Shown one piece after another: positions 37,635-47,109 of a stretch of DNA of 64,000 nucleotides (position 1 is the stretch's first letter; every line of letters begins with the position of its first letter). The notes under the pieces were generated by a model. The model was not told where the DNA came from, searched no databases, and saw nothing but the letters and a program-made list of their open reading frames with translations. The stretch is taken from positions 31,021 through 95,020 of IMG/VR virus record IMGVR_UViG_3300031548_000001; one strand, given 5' to 3'. The DNA is from a virus. Made by a program: the position numbers and the translations under genes.

Positions 37635-38285
37635 TTATCCCGTCACAAGCATGGCCGGATTAAGCACGCCTCCGGAATCGTTGGCCCGTTTGCCCTCGTC
37701 GCCAATCTGGGTATGGAGGTTGTGCCAGAGCCGTAAGGCTTCACCGTGAATCCAGACTGCCGCCAGAATGCTCACCGCGCAGCCATACATGAAGCCGGTT
37801 ATCCCCTCCTCGTCGGCGAGGTGAGAGCATTCTTCGGCAATGTCGGCAATCCGTTCGCCCTTGGCCATTCGGGATTCCATCATTCTGGCCCAGCGTTCGG
37901 CGTAGGTAATCACCGCGCCGCCGTAGCCATCGCGGTTCGCATCACACGACTTCTTCCAGCCCTCGGCATCGCGCAGCGTCATTTGGGTCGGAGCACCCGC
38001 AAGGATCGCATCAACCTTCGCCTTGCGCTCGCGCTCTTTCCGCTCGGACTCTTCCTGGCGTGCCTTGTATTCGGGCGAGGCGATATATGCCTCATGACGG
38101 CGAGTGGATTCGTCGGAGTAGTATTTTACGAGAGCGGCGGGAACGGAGTCCGGAGTTGCGGTCAGCACTATCCCGTTAAAGTCGAACTCGACCTTGCATT
38201 TCCCCTTAATCGCGATCGCGACCGCCTCTTTGCAGGCATCGGAGATGTGAGTGCCTGGCATGGATTCGTATTGTTCTGTTTTCAT
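37635..38285 (-). CDS. Conserved phage hypothetical protein
   Basis: MKTEQYESMPG...GITGFMYGCAVSIL...W.HGE.LR.WHN. Confidence 0.65.
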   Translation of the reverse strand: MKTEQYESMPGTHISDACKEAVAIAIKGKCKVEFDFNGIVLTATPDSVPAALVKYYSDESTRRHEAYIASPEYKARQEESERKERERKAKVDAILAGAPTQMTLRDAEGWKKSCDANRDGYGGAVITYAERWARMMESRMAKGERIADIAEECSHLADEEGITGFMYGCAVSILAAVWIHGEALRLWHNLHTQIGDEGKRANDSGGVLNPAMLVTG

Positions 38286-38296
38286 AGGTAAAAATT

Positions 38297-39010
38297 TCAG
38301 GTCTCCAAATCCGCATCGGGATACGCACCCTCGATGAGCCAGCCGGCGAACTCGCCGAAGCGGAAGATCTCCACGGCGCAACGGGGCAGCTCGCTCGGGG
38401 CGATGGGACGCTGCGCACCGGCCAGCGAAAGCTCCTTGGCTATGATCTCCCGCGAGTCCACGCCGGCGGACACCTTGCCAGCCAACGTCAGCCGCTGCAT
38501 CGCTACCGCGGCATACCCGGCGACAGGCTGGCACTTGTCGAACACCACGATGGCGCCGCCGGGCTTCAGCTTTGAGCGCAGCTTCCGCAGCAGATCCCGG
38601 CGCAGGTCAGGTGCGAGGAACATCAGCACGAGGAAGCACACGCCGAAGTCGAACGGCTTGTAGTTGTAGCCGCACGCATCAGTGACAGAGAGCTTGCCCG
38701 GGCCGGAATACTTCGCGGCCATTTCCTTCGATGGCTCGATGCCGACGAACAGGGCCTTACGTGAGGCGAGCGTGTCGGCGATCGCCCGGCCCACGTTGCC
38801 GGTGGACGCGCCGATGTCATAGACGAGTCCGCCCTGCGGGATGTAGTGGCGGGCGAAATGTGCGACGACGCCGGTGGCTAGGTCATACCATGGCAGCTGC
38901 TCGCGGACGTGACGATCAAAGGCCTCGGCTATGGCGAGGTTTTTAAAGGTCCAGTCGCGAGGGATAGCCAGAGGCGCGTGAGGTCGGTGTTCGGGTTCAG
39001 TTCCTGACAT
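38297..39010 (-). CDS. CmoA-like class I SAM-dependent enzyme
   Basis: DWTF...A..FD..V..QLPWY, VYDIGASTG, LKPGG....DK, K...G....EI..K..L. Confidence 0.8.
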   Translation of the reverse strand: MSGTEPEHRPHAPLAIPRDWTFKNLAIAEAFDRHVREQLPWYDLATGVVAHFARHYIPQGGLVYDIGASTGNVGRAIADTLASRKALFVGIEPSKEMAAKYSGPGKLSVTDACGYNYKPFDFGVCFLVLMFLAPDLRRDLLRKLRSKLKPGGAIVVFDKCQPVAGYAAVAMQRLTLAGKVSAGVDSREIIAKELSLAGAQRPIAPSELPRCAVEIFRFGEFAGWLIEGAYPDADLET

Positions 39011-39423
39011 GGGAGTGAAGGGATGTTGAATTTGGCATACATCGTCCGCGTGCGCGGATTCGATTCGATGCCGAGGAAGGGTGTGGGAGCGCCGAAGCCT
39101 TCGCCGTCGGTGCTGAACTCGGGCAGCAAGTGCTCACGCAGGATCCGCTGCTTGGCCATTGGCGGCGGTTCGCCGTGGGTGTTTCCGTAATATCGTTCAG
39201 CGGCCCAGCCGGTAGCCTTGCGAATGGCGATCTCCGACGCCTCGTGATAAAGCGATGGGCGAGCGGTGAGGATGAAGACGCGGTAGGGCTTCACTAAATC
39301 AACAAGCCACTGCCGGTAGGTGTGGAGCTTGATGCGTTCACTGAACGGCGTCTTAGGGAAGTCGTCGCAGTTCTCGACCAACGTGTAGTTGAGATCGAGC
39401 AATATGATGGGCCGTTCATTCAT
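38929..39423 (-). CDS. HAD-fold phosphatase-like protein
   Basis: LLDLNYTL, LTARP, K, IESN motifs. Confidence 0.7.
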   Translation of the reverse strand: MNERPIILLDLNYTLVENCDDFPKTPFSERIKLHTYRQWLVDLVKPYRVFILTARPSLYHEASEIAIRKATGWAAERYYGNTHGEPPPMAKQRILREHLLPEFSTDGEGFGAPTPFLGIESNPRTRTMYAKFNIPSLPCQELNPNTDLTRLWLSLATGPLKTSP

Positions 39424-39442
39424 TTCGGATTCGTTTCGGGTG

Positions 39443-39487
39443 TCTAACAGTGGGCGAGCGTGTCGCCTGAATTTTAAAAGTAAAGAG
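39443..39487 (-). promoter_or_regulatory. Early-type promoter CTCTTTACT...GTTAGA
   Basis: CTCTTTACWTTWA motif also at ~48165, ~52563 and ~58845, each 29-30 nt before GT(C/T)AG. Confidence 0.6.
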
Positions 39488-39489
39488 GA

Positions 39490-40989
39490 TTAAACCTCAG
39501 TGAGCGAAATTTTCAGCCGCTTTTCAAATGCAGCGATCGCCTGCTCAGATCGGCCCATCGTCGTATTGTCTGGATACGGCAACTCAAACTCGAACTCCAG
39601 CGCCTCGCGCAGCCGCTTCTTGTTGAGCACAGGCCCACGGCAGATGGCAGCGATGCAGTCGTCGTGTTCGGTCGCCTCGACAGCCTCGAAGACCGGCTTG
39701 AAGATGTCGTAAAACTCCTCGGGCGTGTGATACTTTTGAACCTTCGGCTTCTCTTGGAAGTCACCGAGCACAGTGCCAGGCTCGTAGTTGAGCTGGAACG
39801 TGCATGCGGCCGACGACCGGTGATCGAGATACTTCGCCTTCGATCCGATGAACGATGAGTGGTTACGGCCGCTGGCCCACGCATAGAGGATCGTGCGCGG
39901 CCCGGCCAACGCCGAACATATGGTCGCGATCTTCTTCCGGTCATCCATGAACGGCACCGAGTTCAGCACGGACGAGATGAAGATACTGGAGTAGGGCACA
40001 CCGGCGGCGACGTCGCGAAGGAACGCGTCCACCACCCGGAGCGACTCTGCCTTGTCGATCTCTTCGCCTGCACCGCAGCGATACGGCTCAAAGGCGGACA
40101 CGCGCACGCCCATTGAGCGCAGGATATTCGTCTCGTGCATGTGGCCTGCGCCGAAGTCCACGATGGATCCGCCAAACTTCTTAATCCACGCCTGCGAGTG
40201 TGGTTTGTAATCGGGGCTAAATTCCTTGGTGCCGCCGAGGCCCAGCGCGAAGATGAAGCCGCGCCCGAGGTCACGACGCACACGCCGACTCCGGCGAAAC
40301 GAGTTGTGGCGAAGGAGAGTCGCATACTTGTCGTGGATGGAAAAGTCCATCGACAGAAGGTTGAGACAGGCAGAGGCGAGCGCGGCCTCCTCGGCGGTGA
40401 CGTGGACGAACAGAGCGGTCTCGATCTTCTTTTCTGCGAGCAGTTGAAGCCGGCCGATGCCGTTGATGACCTTCATGTCCGGCCCGACGACGATGGGCAT
40501 GATGATTCCGTAGCCGTAAAGAGAGCCGGCGACATTGCGGGCGTATTCGATCCACCGGCCTTCGTTGGCGACCAGGTAAGGTGCGATCGCTTCCATCTTG
40601 GCTTCGAGGCACGGATAGTGGTTCGTGCGGTCCGGCATGTTCTCGGCGAGCTTCTTGGGGTTCGCCTTCATCAGCTCTGCTTTCAGGTCCGACGTGACCG
40701 AGTCGATGTCCATGTCATTCGTCGACCGGTTGAACAGGATGTTGATGGCCTTGCGGGTGCCGTCGTCCATGTTCGCCGTGCGCACACACGGGACATGGGT
40801 GTAGCCAATACCGCGGGCTACGTGGGTTCGTTGGTGGCCCGAGAGTAGTTCGCCGGCTTCGGTGCCGAACACCGGCAGCAACCAGCCGAGCTTGCGGATG
40901 CTCAGCTGCACGAGCTCCAGTCGCTCTGGATCGACCTTGCGAGGATTGTAGGACGCCGGGATGAGGAGTTCGATGGATTCCAATTTCAT
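39490..40989 (-). CDS. Double ParB-like domain fused to a SAM methyltransferase
   Basis: YNPR..SGHQR; second PIVV...INGIGR; IVDFGAG; SSVLNSVP. Confidence 0.8.
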   Translation of the reverse strand: MKLESIELLIPASYNPRKVDPERLELVQLSIRKLGWLLPVFGTEAGELLSGHQRTHVARGIGYTHVPCVRTANMDDGTRKAINILFNRSTNDMDIDSVTSDLKAELMKANPKKLAENMPDRTNHYPCLEAKMEAIAPYLVANEGRWIEYARNVAGSLYGYGIIMPIVVGPDMKVINGIGRLQLLAEKKIETALFVHVTAEEAALASACLNLLSMDFSIHDKYATLLRHNSFRRSRRVRRDLGRGFIFALGLGGTKEFSPDYKPHSQAWIKKFGGSIVDFGAGHMHETNILRSMGVRVSAFEPYRCGAGEEIDKAESLRVVDAFLRDVAAGVPYSSIFISSVLNSVPFMDDRKKIATICSALAGPRTILYAWASGRNHSSFIGSKAKYLDHRSSAACTFQLNYEPGTVLGDFQEKPKVQKYHTPEEFYDIFKPVFEAVEATEHDDCIAAICRGPVLNKKRLREALEFEFELPYPDNTTMGRSEQAIAAFEKRLKISLTEV

Positions 40990-41624
40990 AGGCCGAGGCG
41001 GCGCTTCACGTCCGCAAAGATGAGGTTTTCGTCGTTGTTGAACTTGGCGTAGATTTCCGCCTGCCACTCGTTCGCCCGGGGCGCCGGGACATCCAGCTTG
41101 TATTTACCAAGGACGAGGCGCTCGACGGTCACGTCCGTGGATCCGTCATCCTCGTTGTTCACGGCTTCCTGAGCCACGGTGCCTGGATTGGCTTCGTTGA
41201 CCTTCTTGCGGAGGTCCTGAAAAGCGGCCTCCGTGAAACCCATAGAGTTGATCTCGACGCCGGCCTTCGTCGCCTGATCGAGCAGCGTGTTGAGCGCGGC
41301 GATGTCGATCTCAGCCATGTCCGCGATGACGTTGTCTGCGATCATGTCGGACCACTCTTCAGCCTCCGATGCGTAGTCCTGATACTCAACCGGGACCTCG
41401 ATCAATGCCAGGCGCTTGGCTGCCTCATAGCGGCCATGGCCCTTGACGATGAATCCTGATTGGTTGCTGACGACGATGGGGCTGCGCCAGCCATTGGCCT
41501 CGATCACCCGGGCAAGCAGCTCGATCTGGTCGAGTGGGTGTCGGTTCGGGTTGCGCGGGTTCTCGATCAGCTCGGAGACCGGAACGAGTTTGGAATGCAC
41601 GCAGAAAATGGGAATGGTGCTCAT
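40986..41624 (-). CDS. ParB/Srx-like protein
   Basis: NPRNPN.H, GW..PIVV, GHGR, ADN. Confidence 0.85.
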   Translation of the reverse strand: MSTIPIFCVHSKLVPVSELIENPRNPNRHPLDQIELLARVIEANGWRSPIVVSNQSGFIVKGHGRYEAAKRLALIEVPVEYQDYASEAEEWSDMIADNVIADMAEIDIAALNTLLDQATKAGVEINSMGFTEAAFQDLRKKVNEANPGTVAQEAVNNEDDGSTDVTVERLVLGKYKLDVPAPRANEWQAEIYAKFNNDENLIFADVKRRLGL

Positions 41625-42259
41625 AGACGGATACCAAGACGGCGGGCAATTTCGTTTGAGATATTGGTTTTGTTGAAGCCGACGGCCTTGCGGATGTCTT
41701 CCTGCCAGCTGAGGTAGGCTTCACGAGGCACGGGGAAACGGATGTTCCCGAATTTGAACGTCGTGTCGGCGAGCTTATCGACCGTTGCCGCGCCCTGAGA
41801 GTTGACACCATCAGTCACCTGTCCGGCGGCAGCGATGTCTATCGCCATTTGGTCAGCCCGCTCGACCGTGAAGCCAGCGAGCATAGTATCAAAGCCAGGG
41901 TCGGTGCGAAGCTCTTCCAGTAGGCCACTCATGGCGAACTGGTCAGCCTCGGAGAGTTCGGCAATGCGGTTGTCCGCCACAAGGTCGGCGATCTCCGCTT
42001 CCGTGCTGGCGTAGTCCTGCAGGTCGATGGGGACTTCTGTGAGGCCAGCGAAGGCTGCGGCGGCGAGACGTCCGTGTCCCTTGATGACGAAGCCAGAGAG
42101 CTTGGAAACCACGATGGGGTTACGCCAGCCAGCCTCGGTGATGATCTTGGCGAGGAGGGCAATCTGCGCCTCCGGGTGTCGGTTTGGATTCTGTGGATGA
42201 GGCTGGACGCGCTCAATCGGCCATACCTCCGTGTGGAGGCACTTAATGGGTGCTTTCAT
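41621..42259 (-). CDS. ParB/Srx-like protein (paralog)
   Basis: HP.NPN.H, GWRNPIVV, GHGR, ADNRIAE. Confidence 0.85.
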   Translation of the reverse strand: MKAPIKCLHTEVWPIERVQPHPQNPNRHPEAQIALLAKIITEAGWRNPIVVSKLSGFVIKGHGRLAAAAFAGLTEVPIDLQDYASTEAEIADLVADNRIAELSEADQFAMSGLLEELRTDPGFDTMLAGFTVERADQMAIDIAAAGQVTDGVNSQGAATVDKLADTTFKFGNIRFPVPREAYLSWQEDIRKAVGFNKTNISNEIARRLGIRL

Positions 42260-42383
42260 TTCGTGTTCAGATTCGGGTTCGAGTTTCGGACAATGCGGCT
42301 TTTAGTCCGCACTGGGAGAGACGACTTTACAGAAGAAACCTGTCAAGATTGCTCACGCGATATACGAACGCGTGTTGGCACAA

Positions 42384-42695
42384 TCACTTGTTGGGCCGAA
42401 GAGAAACAGGGTAGCCGTGGCCTTTTCCGCATTTACGGCAGACGCCGAAAACTGTCCCGCTTCCGCAGTCTATCGGCAGCGAGTCCCGATGAGCGATCAG
42501 CCAGTCGTAGTGTGGTGGCAGCTCGTCGTGCGGGATGGCGGCTTCCATGCGGTCGATGAGGTGCTGAGCCATTTCGCGTGTGTTGATTTTGTTTCGCGCC
42601 TCTGAGGTGGCAACGAAGTCGAAAACCACGGAGCCCAACAAATCGCTACTGACAAGACGCCTATTGTCCGGCGTCGGGAATTGGTTGGTGTTCAT
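42384..42695 (-). CDS. Hypothetical protein in an attC-like cassette
   Basis: Start codon lies inside an attC-like palindrome; C-terminal CxxC. Confidence 0.5.
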   Translation of the reverse strand: MNTNQFPTPDNRRLVSSDLLGSVVFDFVATSEARNKINTREMAQHLIDRMEAAIPHDELPPHYDWLIAHRDSLPIDCGSGTVFGVCRKCGKGHGYPVSLRPNK

Positions 42696-42753
42696 TTATT
42701 GAGTGGGTTTCGTGGGTTGGTTCTCGGCGTCTGTCAGACCTTGGGCGTTCTAG
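42633..42753 (-). mobile_element. attC-like recombination site
   Basis: CTAGAAC...CTGACAGACGCC-loop-GGCGTCTTGTCAG...GTTGGGC, with a single extrahelical base. Confidence 0.5.
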
Positions 42754-42767
42754 CTTGCTACCGCAGA

Positions 42768-43112
42768 CTAGGTGTTCGACCTCGGAATTTCGCGAGCCAT
42801 GTCCGCGGCGGCTTTCGACGCGCCAGTGATCCAGTCTCTCGCGACTTCCGGCCTAGTGTGCTTTGCGAGCTCGCAGAGCGGGCAGTAGTCGCCCGTGAGC
42901 AAGTAGAGGCCGCCACATTGAATGGCGCGTCCGGTGATCATGTTGTGAGCCGCCATGAGCGGATCGTAGCGTTCGAGGGTTTTCTCGACACCTTTCAGTT
43001 CGTCCACGACTTGGCTCATCGCCTCTTCGCCGGACGTGGCCACGAGATCCCAAACGCCGTGCGACTTTATCGCTTGGCGTAGTTCATTCCAGTGAGGTTG
43101 ACAGAATTTCAT
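42768..43112 (-). CDS. Hypothetical protein
   Basis: MKFCQPHW...CPLC; flanked by 9-bp inverted repeats. Confidence 0.6.
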   Translation of the reverse strand: MKFCQPHWNELRQAIKSHGVWDLVATSGEEAMSQVVDELKGVEKTLERYDPLMAAHNMITGRAIQCGGLYLLTGDYCPLCELAKHTRPEVARDWITGASKAAADMAREIPRSNT

Positions 43113-43133
43113 GCGTTAAGGTCGAACCAGTTT

Positions 43134-43670
43134 TCACACGAGCTTTAGGTTTGCCGCCCGCCAGATGACCACATCCACCGTAGCGATGCGGTCGCCAGTA
43201 GCCTGGGCGAGTCGGGCACAGAGGGCGTGAGTGCCTTCAGTGCCGGCGATGCGCACTAGATGACGGTCTGGTTTGGCACAGTCGTGGCCGTAGTTTTTCG
43301 CGAGGTGATACTTCGTGATTCCGCCAATCCATGGGAGAGTCTGAATCCACGTCAGCTTGTCCGCAGCCGCATGGTATTCCTTCAGCAACCGCCCGCGATT
43401 CGCCCACACGTAATCGATGGCGGCAGCCTTTCCCTCGTGGCCGAACACGTCGGAGGCGCTGCCGCCGTTGAGGACAGCGGGGCGGACCCAGCCCCAGATT
43501 CCGCGGGCGATCTGCTCCTTCATACCGGAGTTCAGGACGACCCACGCGAACTCAGCCCAGAAGTCCACCGAGCACACAACCGGCTTGATGGACTCCGACC
43601 ACGCGATCTCGTGATCGTAGCCGTTGGCGGCAAGGAACGCCCGCAACTCAAGGTAGTGGGTAGTTGTCAC
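43134..43670 (-). CDS. HhH-GPD DNA glycosylase-like protein
   Basis: LPWIGGITKYHLAKN HhH motif and KPDRH conserved Asp. Confidence 0.6.
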   Translation of the reverse strand: MTTTHYLELRAFLAANGYDHEIAWSESIKPVVCSVDFWAEFAWVVLNSGMKEQIARGIWGWVRPAVLNGGSASDVFGHEGKAAAIDYVWANRGRLLKEYHAAADKLTWIQTLPWIGGITKYHLAKNYGHDCAKPDRHLVRIAGTEGTHALCARLAQATGDRIATVDVVIWRAANLKLV

Positions 43671-44044
43671 GACTTTGGTCTCCGGTTGGCGGGTAGTGAC
43701 TCATTCCAGAATAACAGCGGTGAACCAAATGCCGTGACGACCTCGGCGACGCAGGTGCTGCCATTGAAGTAGCGCCTCGTCCATTCGTCGTGGTAGATTT
43801 GAACGACAGCAGGAAATCGTCGCTTGATCATAAAATCAGGATCGCCGCAGGTCTCGCCACCTACCAGCAGCCAAACGCGAGGGATTTTCATCGCGTTTTT
43901 GCGAAGCTTGCCCTGAAGGCGCAACGTGATGCGACTGTCATAACCTTTCACGCGGAGAGTCGTGCGATCGACCAGTTCAGCGGTGCGCTTCAGAAGCCTG
44001 ATGAGCCACTGGCACAGGGCATGGAGCAATGAGAGCGTTCTCAT
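43667..44044 (-). CDS. Hypothetical protein
   Basis: Coupled ORF. Confidence 0.4.
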   Translation of the reverse strand: MRTLSLLHALCQWLIRLLKRTAELVDRTTLRVKGYDSRITLRLQGKLRKNAMKIPRVWLLVGGETCGDPDFMIKRRFPAVVQIYHDEWTRRYFNGSTCVAEVVTAFGSPLLFWNESLPANRRPKS

Positions 44045-46131
44045 AGGGCCTGGGTCCGGACGTGCTCGATTGGCTGGTCTTCAGCTTGCGTGCGCCAGTC
44101 AGGCCACTGGCGGGTCTGGTTGCGGGCGAATTTCTCGCCGAGGGTCTTGGCCACCACCTCGGGTGTGCCGCCGTTACGCATGGCGCCGTCGAAGGCCAGC
44201 AGCACGACGTCGATCCACTCCACGAGGTCGCTTGGGTTTGCCTCGATCTCGGCGAGCTCCTTTCGGATGTGCGCCAACACGCCGGCGGTATTCTGACCCG
44301 GGCCGAACGTTGCCAGAGAGAACTCACGCTGAGCGGTGAGGTGGGCGATCAGATCGAAGAAAGGGGCAATGGCCTTATTCCCTCCGTAGGTTGCGAGATC
44401 ATGCCCCAGTTGGTGGGCCTCGGCATCGCTGAGACGAGAGCCGGGCTTGCCGTTCGCCTGGTCAATAATGTCGAGCGTGTTCAGGTAGGCCATACGCACG
44501 ATGAAGCGCAGGCGGGCGAGCTCCTTGAACTGATCCATGACATGTATCACCGCCGGCTCATTCTTGTCCCGATCGGCGACCAACTTCATGGCGGCCTCGG
44601 CCGGACCGGAGTTGACGCCCTGCTTGGCGGCGTCCCATGCGTTGCAAGCCGCCTGACCTTCGGCGGTGATGTCGGCACACTCGCGCAACGCATCCCCAGC
44701 CGAGAAAAGGGCGGCGATGTGGGCCTTGGCAAGTTGCTCCCGAGAGTAGGTCACGAGGCCCGGGTCTTCCATCGCCAAGGCACCCGCGAGTGCACGCTCG
44801 GCATCTGCCATAGCTTTACTGAAATGAGGCTTTGCCTCCGCCTGCACGCCCGATTGAGCACGGGCGACGTCGTAGCGGGCGATAGCTGCTTGGGTGTCGT
44901 CCTTGCTCAAGATTAAGCCGTGCGCATAGACCGACAATTGATCCCGCATCGCGTCCGCCGCCTCCTGCAACGTGCGCAGGCAGGCCTTGTCCATTTCGCG
45001 CATCTTGCGTTCGGCTTCAATTGCAGCACGGGCAGCGTCGTTGAAGCTCTGGAACTTCACAGACTCGGCCTCGGCCGTCGCGAGCTGGGCGCGGAGGGCG
45101 TCGCGTTCATTTTCGACTCCTTTGTAGAGGCCCGGCCACGAGGCAAGTTCAGCCCGCAGCCGTTTCAGCTCAGCGTCTTTGGCCACCGCACTTGCCCGTT
45201 CTTCCATGATGATGCGGTCACAGGACTTTCGGCCTTCAATCGCTGCCTTAAGTTCATCCTCCAAGTCTGAGATGCGTCTCAACTGAGCGTTGTAGCGTGA
45301 GAGCGAATCAACGTCGATGTGTGCCGCGAACGATTCGAGGTAGGCGAGACGTTCGAGCTTGGCCTTCAAGTCTTCGCCCAAACCGGCGGGCGTCTTGGCG
45401 AGGGCTTCAACCATACGCTCTTGGAGCGTGTTTAAATTCAGGTTGTCCGTTTCACGCTTGGTTGAATCCAGCACGAACTGCAGCGCCTTGTCCTTCTCCG
45501 TAACCAGCGCCAATCCGACATTCCGCTCATCGAGCACGCGCTTCACCGCGTCGGACAGGCTCTCGTGGATCGTCTTGCCGAGCGGCAGAGCAGCAATCTT
45601 CTGGGCTTCCTCGTTGCACCGAACGGCAAACTGGATTTCGCCGCGCTCCACACGGGTAGCGAAGGCCACGGCCCTTCTCTCACTTTCGAGTAGGCGATCA
45701 AACTCCTTGGTGATGCGATCCGGAATCGCGGCGAGGGTCTCTCCGATGCGGCGGTCAACCTCACGGTCGGGCTCGCTTAACTCTTCCCATGGTTTCAACC
45801 ACGAGGGCTTCGGGTTGGGCTGTTCCTTCGCCCATCCAATCCACACAGCACGGACAAGCTTTCCGAGTTCTTCACGGTTGGGTGAACGCGGGGCCACGAA
45901 ATCGAACAACCTAGGCGGAAAGACCGGCGGCATCGCTACATTGCAATGCGTGCGATGCGTGGGCCATTCCTCCACCGGCTTCAGCCGCATATCAGACCCC
46001 TTATCGTTCCAGTTTTTGCGCCAGCGAATGTGGCCACCGGCGTGAAGGGAGTAGGTGATCAGGCCAATCAGGCAGATGATAACAAGAGCCAGCGCCCATG
46101 CGCCGGCGGGTGTGATGAGTGCGATGTTCAT
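44041..46131 (-). CDS. Coiled-coil protein with C-terminal DUF550 (MazG-like dNTP pyrophosphohydrolase) domain
   Basis: FS.ATFGPG...GV..HI.KEL.E...P.DL.EW.D...LA.DG...N..R.WPDW; start after a CCTGAA leader. Confidence 0.75.
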   Translation of the reverse strand: MNIALITPAGAWALALVIICLIGLITYSLHAGGHIRWRKNWNDKGSDMRLKPVEEWPTHRTHCNVAMPPVFPPRLFDFVAPRSPNREELGKLVRAVWIGWAKEQPNPKPSWLKPWEELSEPDREVDRRIGETLAAIPDRITKEFDRLLESERRAVAFATRVERGEIQFAVRCNEEAQKIAALPLGKTIHESLSDAVKRVLDERNVGLALVTEKDKALQFVLDSTKRETDNLNLNTLQERMVEALAKTPAGLGEDLKAKLERLAYLESFAAHIDVDSLSRYNAQLRRISDLEDELKAAIEGRKSCDRIIMEERASAVAKDAELKRLRAELASWPGLYKGVENERDALRAQLATAEAESVKFQSFNDAARAAIEAERKMREMDKACLRTLQEAADAMRDQLSVYAHGLILSKDDTQAAIARYDVARAQSGVQAEAKPHFSKAMADAERALAGALAMEDPGLVTYSREQLAKAHIAALFSAGDALRECADITAEGQAACNAWDAAKQGVNSGPAEAAMKLVADRDKNEPAVIHVMDQFKELARLRFIVRMAYLNTLDIIDQANGKPGSRLSDAEAHQLGHDLATYGGNKAIAPFFDLIAHLTAQREFSLATFGPGQNTAGVLAHIRKELAEIEANPSDLVEWIDVVLLAFDGAMRNGGTPEVVAKTLGEKFARNQTRQWPDWRTQAEDQPIEHVRTQAL

Positions 46132-46361
46132 TTCAGGTATTCGAGTTCGGGTTGGTTGACGGAAAGTAATTGGATGTCGGCGGCGATTCTCCCGCAGCGC
46201 TGGCATGGATCAGTGGTCTCGGCACATCCGTTGTGCCCGCACGGTTCGCCAGGCTTCAGGAAGCGGCGGACCGGCGCAGTTGCCACACGATGCCGAGCCC
46301 CGACCAGCGCCTCGCGCCAGTCGGCATCGGTGATCGTGCGGAACTCGCCTCGCTTCATCAT
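46128..46361 (-). CDS. Small Cys-containing protein
   Basis: C.H.GC....C..C. Confidence 0.4.
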   Translation of the reverse strand: MMKRGEFRTITDADWREALVGARHRVATAPVRRFLKPGEPCGHNGCAETTDPCQRCGRIAADIQLLSVNQPELEYLK

Positions 46362-46849
46362 GGGCGTGGAACTGGATAGAACCGAACCAACGGAGTGTTG
46401 GCCGCGACATAGAGCGGGTGGCGCGGGCTGCCGTCGCCGTTTGTGCCGAGGCAGAAAAGCGGGATGCCATCGAGCAGTTTAACCACATCCCAATACCGGT
46501 CTCTGTGGTAGCCATCAGCACCCCACGCGCAGATTACGAGAGAGCTGATCTTCGCGAGCGTCTGCAGCACCTCGTCGTTCTCCGGTCCGACGGGATCTGG
46601 CACCGCCATCATGTTCTTCGGCTGAGTATCACGCCACGCGAACAGGTTGGTCATGGCGAACGAGTGGCCGTCCTCCCGCCGGGTGAACACACGGATGCGG
46701 CGCAGCGTGGGATCGAGCTGGTTCTCGTCTGCCGTGCTGGGGTTGAGCCCAATCCACATGATGAACTTCGATCCGATCTGGATCTCGTCCACCTGATGGA
46801 TGAGCGAGTAACGATACTGCCTGCACGGGGAGAATTTGCACTTGTTCAT
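46358..46849 (-). CDS. DUF1643 protein
   Basis: YRY.L, LNPSTAD...DPT, NLFA.R.T.P, AWG, PRHPLY. Confidence 0.9.
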   Translation of the reverse strand: MNKCKFSPCRQYRYSLIHQVDEIQIGSKFIMWIGLNPSTADENQLDPTLRRIRVFTRREDGHSFAMTNLFAWRDTQPKNMMAVPDPVGPENDEVLQTLAKISSLVICAWGADGYHRDRYWDVVKLLDGIPLFCLGTNGDGSPRHPLYVAANTPLVRFYPVPRP

Positions 46850-47109
46850 GATGGATTGCCGGGACCGTCGGCAGGTTCGATCGCTGCGAGTTCTGTGTTC
46901 ACCTTGGCGAGGGCGGCCTCGAGCTTGACCTTGCGGCACTCAAGCGTGCGGCGACGGTCTGAAGGGTGATGGCGGAAGCAGTAGCCATCGCGCCGCGGTT
47001 TGAATGGGCACGGGTGATCCGTGGTCCCAGGAAATTGCCGCTCGTGAAACCACTTGTTCTGAATGCGGGCCTTGCAGCCACCTCCGGTGATTGGGTAGTC
47101 GCGTCTCAT
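46846..47109 (-). CDS. Hypothetical protein
   Basis: C...C......GYC..H motif. Confidence 0.5.
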   Translation of the reverse strand: MRRDYPITGGGCKARIQNKWFHERQFPGTTDHPCPFKPRRDGYCFRHHPSDRRRTLECRKVKLEAALAKVNTELAAIEPADGPGNPS

